From NCBI GenBank assembly GCA_012031145.1, contig JAAUUH010000004.1, positions 182 to 64,181 of the forward strand: a stretch of DNA of 64,000 bases, given 5' to 3'. A model generated the notes under the pieces. The model worked only from the letters and a program-made list of their open reading frames with translations. It ran no database searches and was not told the DNA's origin. A program made the translations under genes and the position numbers. Each line of letters begins with the position of its first letter. The stretch's first letter is position 1. The DNA is from Oscillatoriales cyanobacterium SM2_2_1. GTDB lineage: Bacteria; Cyanobacteriota; Cyanobacteriia; Pseudanabaenales; Pseudanabaenaceae. Below are positions 9,645 to 18,638 of the stretch, in pieces.

Positions 9645-10235
9645 TTAGTCTCGGCTGGCGATTCGGCCATACTTCGGGAGGCCAAACATCAAAAAGACCC
9701 CAAAATAGAGGGCATAAACGATCACCAAAACCACACCCCAAAACAAAATATTCTCTGCCGCAAAGCCACTGAGTAGGAGATCCTTGAATAGGAGGGGAGG
9801 CTCAAACCAAATCGGACAGATCGTCCCCAGTTGCTCCGCTGGCACTACGCCGCAGTTGGAGAACACGATATTCACTCCCGTTCCCACAATGCAATAGGCT
9901 GTGATTGCCCAACGCCAGCTTTCATAGATCGGTCGCAGGCGACTGCGTTCTAAAGCCAGATCTTCATTGATATCCCGCCAGAACCATAGGGATATTGGAA
10001 TCAACACCCGCGCAAGCAGTCCCGTCAGGAAGCTCAACGGCAGCCCCCCAATCATCAGCAACACTGTAATCGCTAGCAAGCTCGCCACCCGCCAATAGAT
10101 TGTCAGTCCCTGCACGACCGGTTGCGATCGCGCTCTAGCCCCCCATAGCAGTAGCCCCATGGGCAAAAGAATAGTTAAAACCACCGCCAATCGGAAGTCC
10201 AGCCACACCACACGGCGTACCCAATCTGCATCCAT
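9645..10235 (-). CDS. conserved multi-pass membrane protein, hypothetical
   Basis: About 5 hydrophobic helices (VVWLDFRLAVVLTILLPMGLLLW..., LFWGVVLVIVYALYFGVFLMFGL). ATG 10235 (MDADWVRR) is preferred over the 10280 start in the track. Confidence 0.65.
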   Translation of the reverse strand: MDADWVRRVVWLDFRLAVVLTILLPMGLLLWGARARSQPVVQGLTIYWRVASLLAITVLLMIGGLPLSFLTGLLARVLIPISLWFWRDINEDLALERSRLRPIYESWRWAITAYCIVGTGVNIVFSNCGVVPAEQLGTICPIWFEPPLLFKDLLLSGFAAENILFWGVVLVIVYALYFGVFLMFGLPKYGRIASRD

Positions 10236-10441
10236 AATCCCTGATCCCTGTCTGTCACTGCATGCGCTGTTCCATAACATACGCGATCGCCCGCACCAAT
10301 GGGTAAAGTAACGTTAAGAAGGCTTGAGATGGCTCCCATAGCCAGTGGTATCTTTGCTTTAATTGGCTTCACTGCCACCCTGTGGGAGTGGAGCGAGCCA
10401 TGAATGATTTTTTACCTAATTTTTTTGGGAGAACCCTACTG

Positions 10442-10882
10442 ATGTCTGAACAAACCCAAGAAGCGCTGGCGAAACCCACGGGGAAAACCCCCCTCTGGGG
10501 CGGCAGCACCGGCGGACTCCTCTCGGCCGCCTATACAGAAGAAAAATATCTAATCACTTGGAACAGCCCTAAGGAGCAAGTGTTCGAAATGCCGACGGGT
10601 GGCGCTGCCACTATGGTAGAAGGCGATAACCTCCTCTATTTGGCTAAAAAAGAACAAGCCCTGGCCCTGGGCACCCAATTGCGGAAATTCAAGATCAGCA
10701 ATTACAAGATTTGGCGTGAATTCCCCAATGGTGACCAAGTATACTTGCACCCCAAGGATGGCGTGTTTCCCGAAAAGGTCAATGCCGGTCGTGTGGCGAT
10801 CAACAGCGTCTCCCGCAAAATTGGCGACAACCCCAACCCTGTGGCGGTAAAGTTCACTGGCAAAAATACCTTTGATGTCTAG
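10442..10882 (+). CDS. psaD: photosystem I subunit II PsaD
   Basis: [42 protein letters not shown]...[28 protein letters not shown] is near-identical in pattern to known PsaD. The start is at ATG 10442 (MSEQTQ). Confidence 0.95.
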   Translation: MSEQTQEALAKPTGKTPLWGGSTGGLLSAAYTEEKYLITWNSPKEQVFEMPTGGAATMVEGDNLLYLAKKEQALALGTQLRKFKISNYKIWREFPNGDQVYLHPKDGVFPEKVNAGRVAINSVSRKIGDNPNPVAVKFTGKNTFDV

Positions 10883-10955
10883 CTGATGCTTTGTGCGCGA
10901 TCGCCCAGTCTATGGGACTATCCTCGAATTTCATTGCATCACAAATATCCACCGA

Positions 10956-10982
10956 CCCAAGATTTACACTCTTGGGTTTTTT
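10956..10982 (+). terminator. intrinsic terminator after psaD
   Basis: CCCAAG-9 nt loop-CTTGGG followed by T6, 74 nt after the psaD stop. Confidence 0.7.
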
Positions 10983-11139
10983 AGTTCAAAAATTAGGCGT
11001 TGGTGTCGGGTTTGGTTCCGTATTATTAGTAATCAGCAGCAAATTCCCGTGCTTGATTGGTAAAAGAAGAACTGGCGAAGAGCAAGGCTGCCTATTGTAT
11101 TAGCGCCCTGGACGTAGCGGCTCCCCCGATGCCTGGCGA

Positions 11140-11289
11140 TCATTTGGAATCGCGGCGCTTGCCCCAAAGACCAAGACCTACCAATAGCAATAGGGGAAGC
11201 CAAGAGCCAAGGGCCAGCCCCGAATGATTGGGCTGCACCGCCAGCCACAGGGCCGAAGCCCATGCCAGAAACCACGCCATCCAGCCCAT
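11140..11289 (-). CDS. possible 49-aa two-helix membrane peptide (below the ORF-track cutoff)
   Basis: MGWMAWFLAWASALWLAVQPNHSGLALGSWLPLLLLVGLGLWGKRRDSK. A purine-rich stretch (GGGAATAGGG) precedes the ATG, and the ORF is divergent from lepA. No family recognised. Confidence 0.25.
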   Translation of the reverse strand: MGWMAWFLAWASALWLAVQPNHSGLALGSWLPLLLLVGLGLWGKRRDSK

Positions 11290-11400
11290 CCCTATTCCCT
11301 CGCTGCTTTTAATGTACCCTTAAGTGACTGTCCGTAGAGTCGGCGTCCCCCACTAGAGTAGTTAACCTATACTGGTGCATAGTTCTCCAGCTCCGCCGCT

Positions 11401-13212
11401 ATGACCAGCGTTCCTGTCTCGCGCATTCGCAATTTTTGCATCATTGCCCATATTGATCATGGCAAATCAACCCTAGCCGATCGCCTATTGGAGTTCACGG
11501 GCACCGTATCCAAGCGCGATATGAAGCAGCAGTTTCTCGACAATATGGATTTGGAGCGGGAGCGGGGGATTACGATTAAACTCCAAGCGGCGCGGATGAA
11601 CTATCGGGCGGCCGATGGTGAGGAATACATTCTCAATTTGATTGATACGCCAGGACATGTGGACTTTTCCTATGAGGTATCTCGCAGTTTGGCGGCCTGC
11701 GAAGGGGCGCTGCTGGTAGTGGATGCGTCCCAAGGCGTAGAGGCCCAGACGCTAGCTAATGTCTACTTAGCCCTGGAAAATAATTTGGAAATTATTCCGG
11801 TGCTTAACAAGATCGACCTGCCGGGGGCGGAGCCTGATCGGGTGGCCGCAGAAATTGAGGAGTTGATTGGCTTAGATTGCAGTCAGGCGGTACGGGCGTC
11901 GGCTAAGGAGGGCATCGGGATTCCGGAGATTTTGGAGGCGATCGTGCAGTTGGTGCCGCCGCCACGGGATACAACGCATGAGCCGTTCCGAGCACTAATT
12001 TTCGATAGCTACTACGATGCCTATCGCGGGGTGATTGTGTATTTCCGAGTCCTAGATGGTGCGGTGAAGAAGGGCGATCGCATCAAGTTTATGGCTTCAG
12101 GGCAAGAGTATGAACTCGATGATCTGGGCATTTTGGCTCCCACCCAAATTCCCGTAGAGGATCTCCATGCTGGGGAGGTGGGTTATCTGTCGGCGGCAAT
12201 CAAGACGGTGGAACATGCCCGGGTGGGGGATACGGTGACTTCGGCGGTGCAGGGGGCAACGGAGCCACTACCGGGCTATGAAGAAGCGAAGCCCATGGTG
12301 TTCTGCGGCATGTTTCCTACCGATGCCGACCAGTTTGAGGATTTGCGAGAAGCCCTGGTGAAGCTCAAGCTCAATGATGCTGCCCTGCAGTATGAGCCGG
12401 AAACCTCTAACGCCATGGGATTTGGTTTCCGCTGCGGTTTCTTGGGGCTGTTGCACATGGAAATTGTGCAGGAGCGTCTGGAACGGGAATATAACTTGGA
12501 CTTGATCATTACAGCCCCGTCGGTGGTCTACCGGGTGACGACGATCAAAGGTACGGTGCTGTTCATTGACAACCCCAGCGAGTTACCGGAGCCCCACGAG
12601 CGGGAGCAAATCGAGGAGCCCTATGTGCAATTGGACATCATGACGCCCCAAACCTACATCGGCACCCTAATGGAGCTATGCGAGGGGCGGCGGGGGATTT
12701 TTAAGGACATGAAGTTTATTACCAAGGAGCGGGCGACGCTGATCTATGAGGTGCCGCTTGCGGAAATTGTGACTGATTTCTTTGACCAGATGAAGTCGCG
12801 GACTAAGGGCTATGCCAGCATGGAATATCAGATCATTGGCTATCGCCCCAATGAGTTGGTGAAGCTGGATATTTTGGTGAACAACGATCCTGTGGATTCG
12901 CTGGCTTGTATTGTCCATCGCGATAAGGCCTACAACATCGGGCGGGCATTGGCATCGAAGCTCAAGGATTTGATTCCCCGGCATCAGTTCCAAATTCCCA
13001 TCCAGGCGGCGATCGGCTCTAAGGTGTTAGCTCGGGAAAACATTTCGGCCCTGCGGAAGAATGTGCTTAGCAAGTGCTACGGGGGCGATATTTCCCGCAA
13101 GCGGAAACTTTTGGAAAAGCAAAAGGAAGGAAAGAAGCGGATGAAGTCCATCGGTACGGTGGATGTGCCCCAAGAGGCATTTATGGCGATTCTGAAGTTG
13201 GATCAAGATTAG
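11401..13212 (+). CDS. lepA: translation elongation factor 4 (LepA)
   Basis: 603 aa with GTPase motifs ([25 protein letters not shown]) and the LepA-specific C-terminal domain. Confidence 0.97.
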   Translation: MTSVPVSRIRNFCIIAHIDHGKSTLADRLLEFTGTVSKRDMKQQFLDNMDLERERGITIKLQAARMNYRAADGEEYILNLIDTPGHVDFSYEVSRSLAACEGALLVVDASQGVEAQTLANVYLALENNLEIIPVLNKIDLPGAEPDRVAAEIEELIGLDCSQAVRASAKEGIGIPEILEAIVQLVPPPRDTTHEPFRALIFDSYYDAYRGVIVYFRVLDGAVKKGDRIKFMASGQEYELDDLGILAPTQIPVEDLHAGEVGYLSAAIKTVEHARVGDTVTSAVQGATEPLPGYEEAKPMVFCGMFPTDADQFEDLREALVKLKLNDAALQYEPETSNAMGFGFRCGFLGLLHMEIVQERLEREYNLDLIITAPSVVYRVTTIKGTVLFIDNPSELPEPHEREQIEEPYVQLDIMTPQTYIGTLMELCEGRRGIFKDMKFITKERATLIYEVPLAEIVTDFFDQMKSRTKGYASMEYQIIGYRPNELVKLDILVNNDPVDSLACIVHRDKAYNIGRALASKLKDLIPRHQFQIPIQAAIGSKVLARENISALRKNVLSKCYGGDISRKRKLLEKQKEGKKRMKSIGTVDVPQEAFMAILKLDQD

Positions 13213-13584
13213 ATGAATTATCGGGTTAGGGTGCACGATCGCCGCACGGGACAGATCCATGAAACCCAAGTTTCGGGCGATCGCTATCTGCTGGAGTCAT
13301 TGGAGGATCTGGGTTTGGATCTGCCGTCGGCCTGTCGCCATGGCTGCTGTACTACCTGTGCGATGCGGGTGCGATCGGGCGCATTAGACCAGCGAGAGGT
13401 GATGGGACTATCCCCGGCCCTACAGGCGGAGGGCTATGCCCTAATTTGTTCTAGCTATGCCTGCTCGGATTTGGAGCTGGAAACCCAAGATGAAGACGAA
13501 GTGTACCAATTGCAGTTTGGGCGCTATTTTGCCCGGGCCCAGCGCCGCTGGTGGCAGTGGCGATTGCCCCTAGATCATGATTGA
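13213..13584 (+). CDS. plant-type [2Fe-2S] ferredoxin-like protein
   Basis: C-x4-C-x2-C motif (CRHGCCTTC) plus a distal Cys (LICSSYA). The ATG directly follows the lepA TAG. Confidence 0.8.
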   Translation: MNYRVRVHDRRTGQIHETQVSGDRYLLESLEDLGLDLPSACRHGCCTTCAMRVRSGALDQREVMGLSPALQAEGYALICSSYACSDLELETQDEDEVYQLQFGRYFARAQRRWWQWRLPLDHD

Positions 13585-13702
13585 CGCATTAATGGATTGG
13601 GGTTGGTTGGGAACCATGGCAAAGTGTTTGCTGATAACCATAACTGCCCATGCTCAGTGATTTAATGGGGCATGGGGGAAAATTGATGGGATACGATGCG
13701 CC

Positions 13703-14689
13703 ATGAATGACACAGCGGCCTATATTCTCAAGCGATCGGGACAAGCGGTTTTGGTGGTTTTTTTGGTGACGGTGCTGAGTTTTTTAGCGCTGAAATTGTC
13801 CCCGGGAGACTGTTTTACGGATCTCACCCAAAATCCCAGCACACCGAAGGATGTGGTGGAGCAACTGCGGGAGCGAATGGGATTGGATCGGCCGGTGCAG
13901 GAGCAGTACTTCCTCTGGCTAGGGAATGCGTTGCGGGGGAACTTAGGCGATCGCTGTCAGGGATTTGTGCCCGTGTCCCAGGTGATTTTTGAGCGGGCGG
14001 GGAATACGCTGCTGATGTCGCTGGTGTCTCTGGTGTTTACGTGGTCGGTGGCGTTGCCCCTCGGGATCTATGGCGCAGTGCATGTGGGTCGGCGGGGCGA
14101 TCGCCTAGTGCAAACCATCAGCTATACATTGCAGGGATTTCCCAGTTTTGTGCTGGCAATTTTGTTTTTGCTACTGGCGCAGGCTACGGGTTGGTTTCCC
14201 ATCGGCGGCATGACCAGCATCGAACACGATGACCTGTCGTGGTTGGGCAAAGTATTGGATGTGGGGTATCACATGGTTTTGCCGACCCTGACGCTGACGG
14301 TGCTGGGGTTTGCGGGATTGCAGCGGCTAATGCGGGGAAATTTATTGGACGTGTTGCGAGAAAATTACATCAAAACGGCACGGGCGAAGGGGTTGGCGGA
14401 GGAGCGGGTGATCTATGTCCATGCGCTGCGCAATGCGATTAATCCCCTAGTAACGCTCTTGGGTTTTGAGTTTGCCAGTTTGCTGAGTGGGGCATTCATT
14501 ACGGAATACTTTTTTAATTGGCCGGGGTTGGGACGACTGCTGTTGCAAGCAAGTCAGGAAAAGGATGTGAATCTGGTAATGGCGGGATTGACGCTCGGAA
14601 CCATCATGTTGGTGCTGGGGAATCTTTTGGCAGATATTTTGCTGAAGTTGGTGGATCCGCGCATTAAGCTCGATGCCATGGAGCCCTAG
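13703..14689 (+). CDS. ABC transporter permease, oligopeptide/dipeptide DppB/OppB type
   Basis: 328 aa with 6 TM. N-terminus YILKRSGQAVLVVFLVTVLSF, EAA loop YIKTARAKGLAEERVIYVHALRNA. Confidence 0.85.
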   Translation: MNDTAAYILKRSGQAVLVVFLVTVLSFLALKLSPGDCFTDLTQNPSTPKDVVEQLRERMGLDRPVQEQYFLWLGNALRGNLGDRCQGFVPVSQVIFERAGNTLLMSLVSLVFTWSVALPLGIYGAVHVGRRGDRLVQTISYTLQGFPSFVLAILFLLLAQATGWFPIGGMTSIEHDDLSWLGKVLDVGYHMVLPTLTLTVLGFAGLQRLMRGNLLDVLRENYIKTARAKGLAEERVIYVHALRNAINPLVTLLGFEFASLLSGAFITEYFFNWPGLGRLLLQASQEKDVNLVMAGLTLGTIMLVLGNLLADILLKLVDPRIKLDAMEP

Positions 14690-14791
14690 GAATCCCAAAA
14701 AAATCTGAAGCTTTGGCTGGCGCGACTGGCTGTCTTTTGACAGACGTTGCGTCGCCCTTTTATGAATGAAAAATGATTTCTACTGGGTCTT

Positions 14792-15145
14792 GTGCATAAC
14801 CTTGTCCTGCGTTTTGTAGTTTGTGTTTTGGTGAGTGTAGCGGTGCTGTGGCAACTCTGGTTTGCGCCAGTGGCGATCGCCGCTGACTTGGAGAATGGGG
14901 CGAGGCTATTTGGGGCTAATTGTGCTGCCTGTCATGCGGGCGGCTCTAATCGGGTGGTGGCAGCCAAAAACCTGAGGAAACCAGCCCTGGAACAGTATGG
15001 GATGTATTCTTTGGATGCGATTTCCTATCAGGTACGGAATGGCAAAAACGCGATGCCGAAATTTAAGAAGCTGAGCGATGACCAAATCGCGGATGTGGCC
15101 AGTTACGTGTTATCCCAGGCTGACAGCAACTGGGGTAAGTCCTAA
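14792..15145 (+). CDS. petJ: cytochrome c6 (or c6-like) precursor
   Basis: A signal peptide ends in AIA|[10 protein letters not shown]. Heme site CAACH, and [11 protein letters not shown] with the axial Met. GTG start. Confidence 0.85.
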   Translation: MHNLVLRFVVCVLVSVAVLWQLWFAPVAIAADLENGARLFGANCAACHAGGSNRVVAAKNLRKPALEQYGMYSLDAISYQVRNGKNAMPKFKKLSDDQIADVASYVLSQADSNWGKS

Positions 15146-15672
15146 TGTCGGGGCTGCTGGCATTGAGCTTGGCAGTATGGGTGGCGACCCTGCCATCGTC
15201 CTATTTTCAACTGGGTCTGGAGCATTTTGCCCGGGGTGAATTTCATTTGGCAATCGCCCAATTTACGGAGTCCATTCGCTGGCAGCAGCACCTGACCAGT
15301 TCCCATACCAACCGTTGTTTTGCCTACATTCAAGTGGAGCAATACGACCGGGCGATCGCTGATTGCTCGATCTCAGTTCGACTCCAGCCCAAGGCGGATG
15401 CTGCCTACCTCAACCGTGGCATTGCCTCCTACCGCCTAGGCCATTACCAACGGGCCATTGGCGATTTTAGTCAGGCGATCGCCATCAATCCCCAGAATCC
15501 GGAAGCCTTTCTCAATCGTGGCGTCACCTATGCCGATCTCGGTGACCTGCTCCGTGCCCGTAACGATCTTGAGCAGGCACTGGGTTGGTATCAACGCGCT
15601 GGGCAATGGGAGGAGTCCCTATTGGTTCAGGGAATGCTGCACCAATTGGCCCCGGCTTCGCAGCTCAGCTAA
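15145..15672 (+). CDS. TPR repeat protein
   Basis: Repeated A-x3-Y/F-x-RG-x-A-Y-x2-LG motifs. The ATG overlaps the petJ stop (TAATG). Confidence 0.75.
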   Translation: MSGLLALSLAVWVATLPSSYFQLGLEHFARGEFHLAIAQFTESIRWQQHLTSSHTNRCFAYIQVEQYDRAIADCSISVRLQPKADAAYLNRGIASYRLGHYQRAIGDFSQAIAINPQNPEAFLNRGVTYADLGDLLRARNDLEQALGWYQRAGQWEESLLVQGMLHQLAPASQLS

Positions 15673-15694
15673 TTGTTTGACATTGATTTTTTTT

Positions 15695-15790
15695 ATAGCT
15701 GTAAATAACTTGGCTAGGACGGGGTGCAGGGGCGCAGCCCCCAAACCTTCTTTTCCTTCGATGTCCGAACCTACTCGAATATAGCTATAG
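15695..15790. repeat. MITE-like intergenic repeat, copy A (inverted copy at 62985..63095)
   Basis: It aligns with the reverse complement of 62985..63095 over its whole length at about 85-90 percent identity, apart from a 16-17 bp internal indel. Shared ends are ...GCTGTAA(A/G)TAACTTGG and GAATATAGCTATA. Confidence 0.7.
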
Positions 15791-16034
15791 TTTTATGCTT
15801 TTTTACGACGTTCCCATGAAACAGTTCCTCACCTGCGGTGTGCGGATGGCACTCCCGCCCCCGCATTTTATTGGATAGCCCATAAAAACCACGGCAGTGA
15901 CCACACAATCATAATCATGGAAATAGCCACAGCAAAACCCGAGCGGTTCCCGCCAACGCTCCTCGCCCAGTCGGCGGATCGGAGTACTTGGCTGATTACG
16001 ATCGCCCCCCCCAAAAAAAATTCGCTTTATCCCC

Positions 16035-16247
16035 ATGACCAAAAATATTCCCAGTTCGGTGCAGGAAGGTCATGCCCATGTGTACCTCAACGGACAGAAA
16101 CTAGGGCGCACCCACACCATCACCTATAGGCTTAAGTCCATTCCCCAGGGAACCCATCAAGTCCGTGTGGTGTTGAGCACCAATGGCTATGAAGAGATTA
16201 CGGTTCAAGGGCAGCCCGTTTCAGGGACAGTGACCATCACCCGTTAA
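16035..16247 (+). CDS. hypothetical small beta-rich protein (possibly the 3' part of a longer gene)
   Basis: 70 aa (EGHAHVYLNGQKLGRTHTITYRLKSIPQGTHQVRVVLSTNGYEEITVQG). ORF 15917.. upstream can be fused to it through the C8A8 tract at 16005-16020. Confidence 0.45.
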   Translation: MTKNIPSSVQEGHAHVYLNGQKLGRTHTITYRLKSIPQGTHQVRVVLSTNGYEEITVQGQPVSGTVTITR

Positions 16248-16296
16248 AAAAACATCCCAATTTGCGTGTCAATGGGGATGGGCGGTCGCAATGGCA

Positions 16297-17474
16297 TTAG
16301 GGGTTTTGGTGGAGAAATTCGTCTATCGCTTTAGCGGCGGCGACTAGCACTTCGGGTGGCTGCACGAGGGCGATCCGCACATAGCCTTCGCCGCCGCCGC
16401 CAAAGCCAGAGCCCGGCGACAGGGCAATGCCGGTGGCTTCCAGGAGAGCCAGGCAAAAGCGAACCGAATCCTGCTGCCAAGGCGGAGGCAGGGGCACCCA
16501 CAGGTAGAGGGTGGCTTGGGGGCAGGGGATCGACCAGCCCTGGTTCCTAAAGGCTTCTACCATGCATCACGGCGATCTCTAAAGGTTTGCACCGTGGGTC
16601 GGATGATGGCATCTCCTGACCGCAGCGCGGCGATCGCCCCCCGGGTGATGCCCTGATATTGGTTAAAGTCAACGACGGACTTAACCGCCCTGAGGGCTTG
16701 GATCAGGTCGGGGTTACCCACGGCAAAGCCAATCCGAAAGCCGCCCATGTTATAGGATTTGGAACAGGTGTAAAACTCAATGCAGATGGATTTGGTAGGG
16801 TCAGCTTGGAGCACCGAGGGGGGGCGATCGCCCGTAAACACCAGATCGGCGTAGGGAAAGTCATGGACGAGGGCAATGGAATGTCGCCGGCAGAATGCAA
16901 CGGCCCTCTGAAAAAAATCTAGGGGTGCCACCGCCGCCGTGGGGTTGTGGGGGTAGCTCAGCACCATCATGCGGGCCCGCGCCACTGTCTCCGCCGGAAT
17001 TTGATCTAGTTGGGGTAAAAAACCATGCTCCGGCAGCAGGGGCATCGCATACAGTTCGCCACCAGCCAAGGTCACGCCGCCATAGTGGGAGGGATAGCCG
17101 GGATCGGTCAGCAAAGCCACATCCCCAGGATTGAGCAGAGCCAGGGGCAAATGGGCAGTGCCTTCCTGAGAGCCAATCAGGGGTAAAACTTCCGTCTCTG
17201 GGTCAAGGGAAACGCCATAGCGCTCGGTCATCCACTGGGCGATCACCCCTCGGAACTCAGCGGTGCTGCCAAACAGGGTATACCCGTGGGTGCTGGGATC
17301 TTCTAGGGACTGGGCAATGACCTGGCAGATCAGCGGTGCCGTGGGCAAATCCGAAGAGCCGAGGGACAGATCAATTAGATCTAAGCCCCGGGACTTCCGG
17401 GCAGTCTTGGCCCGATCCATATCGGCAAAAACATTCCGCCCCAAGGCAGCCAGGCGATCGGCGAACTGGATCAC
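16297..17474 (-). pseudogene. class I/II pyridoxal-phosphate aminotransferase (AspC/AlaA-like), split by a 1-nt frameshift at 16563/16564
   Basis: ORF 16557..17474 ends ...TVQTFRDRRDAW*. ORF 16297..16563 continues MVEAFRNQGWSIPCPQATLYLWVPLP.... The observed GATGCATGG should read GAT GCN ATG G. PLP-Lys context SKSYNMGGFRIG. The GTG start overlaps the leuD stop. Confidence 0.85.
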
Positions 17475-18019
17475 GGCCGGCTGGGGATCATCCCCGTGGC
17501 TCGAGCGTAGGCAAACAGTCCACCGGCATCAATCACCGGACGCACCTCTCCTAGGGATTTAAGGGCATAGATACCCCCGGTGCGATGGTTGGTCAGGGTG
17601 AGGGCATCCATATCAAGGGTAGCTTCATCACCGGTTTGGAACACCCCACAGAGGCGATCGCCCGTTTCCCAGGGGTAAAGTTCACCGGTGGCGGCACAGT
17701 TGCGGAAAAAGATCCGCGCGTAGGACTGGGCCACAACCGCCTTGACGCCGGAGGCCCCGAGGGCAATGGGGGCATGTTCGCGGGAGGAACCACAGCCAAA
17801 ATTCTCCCCGGCAATGATGATGGGGTATTGGGTTTTAGTAGCACCCTCGGTGATGAATCTGCCGTAGCGATCGGGCAGCCCAATCAGGGCATAGCTACCG
17901 AGTTTTTCGTACTCATCGGGTTTGGACGGGACGAGGGTGAGAAATTCGGCGGGAATAATTTGGTCGGTGTCGATATTGTCATCGACCACGAAAACTGGGC
18001 CCCGAAGGATTTGGGTCAT
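17471..18019 (-). CDS. leuD: 3-isopropylmalate dehydratase small subunit
   Basis: VVDDNIDTDQIIPAEFL...GENFGCGSSREHAPIAL...IFFRNC. The start is at ATG 18019 (MTQILRGP). Confidence 0.9.
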   Translation of the reverse strand: MTQILRGPVFVVDDNIDTDQIIPAEFLTLVPSKPDEYEKLGSYALIGLPDRYGRFITEGATKTQYPIIIAGENFGCGSSREHAPIALGASGVKAVVAQSYARIFFRNCAATGELYPWETGDRLCGVFQTGDEATLDMDALTLTNHRTGGIYALKSLGEVRPVIDAGGLFAYARATGMIPSRP

Positions 18020-18219
18020 GGGTTTGTCGAGTGGGAAAGAGCGCAAGGTTGACTGGTCATCTAGTCTACCCTAGCCCAGCCCAATGGTCAGCCCCGGGGG
18101 GTAGGGGGTGCTTGCCTAGCTAGCCCGAAGCCGGATGCCAAGTCCCGGTTGAGCCCAAAGCAGGGGGGCAATCGGCAACGGGAATCGGTGCCGTCTGCGG
18201 TTGAGCGCTTCCGGCGTGC

Positions 18220-18359
18220 GGTTCCATAACACCAGCCTATGGTTTTGTGGTTCCAGGGTAAGATTTGCTGATCGATGAGTGGGGTTCCATCGTTCCCGCC
18301 CAGGGTTTTGCGGTTCCGGACTGGAATTCCCCGGTTCATGAATCGGGTTCCGTGGTTCC
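18220..18359. repeat. degenerate tandem repeat (period 63 bp) carrying GGTTCC hexamers
   Basis: Exact GGTTCC at 18220, 18249, 18283, 18312, 18346 and 18354, plus GTTCC at 18292 and GGTTC at 18333. The spacings 29/34/29/34 give 2.2 units of 63 bp. Confidence 0.75.
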
Positions 18360-18550
18360 CGAGTGCCATTCTGTGATGCCCCGTCTCAAAATTGCTTAAC
18401 AAAATTGCCCAAACTGTCAACCGGCTGTGGTGTTGCCAGGGTTTGGGACACCGCTCGGGACTTGACCCAATTTCTCAGCGGAAAGCGATAGCAGTACTGA
18501 ACCTGGGTCGATGAACTAAATATGCTCTTAAGTTCATGTTCCTTGGCACT

Positions 18551-18580
18551 AAAAACCGCCTCCCAAACTTTGGGAAGCGG
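18551..18580 (-). terminator. intrinsic terminator after the OCP gene
   Basis: On the minus strand, CCGCUUCCC-AAAGUU-UGGGAGGCGG is followed by U5, 59 nt after the stop. Confidence 0.65.
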
Positions 18581-18638
18581 TCGTGATAAACCTAGAGTTT
18601 GCTTTGGGGCTAGCCCGGATGTAAAGCCTCGGTGTCGC

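Noticed and set aside
10891-11103. 70-aa ORF immediately after psaD
   Set aside because: It runs straight through the psaD intrinsic terminator hairpin and T-tract, and it has no RBS.
15803-16042. 79-aa minus-strand ORF between the TPR gene and the 70-aa ORF
   Set aside because: Its translation is Gly/Cys/Arg-rich and not protein-like. It has no RBS and overlaps the more plausible plus-strand frames.
18088-18420. 110-aa minus-strand ORF downstream of OCP, considered as a candidate fluorescence recovery protein (similar size and position)
   Set aside because: The translation bears no resemblance to FRP (no helical heptads; rich in G/R/N/T). It is generated by the GGAACC repeat array and lies beyond the OCP terminator.
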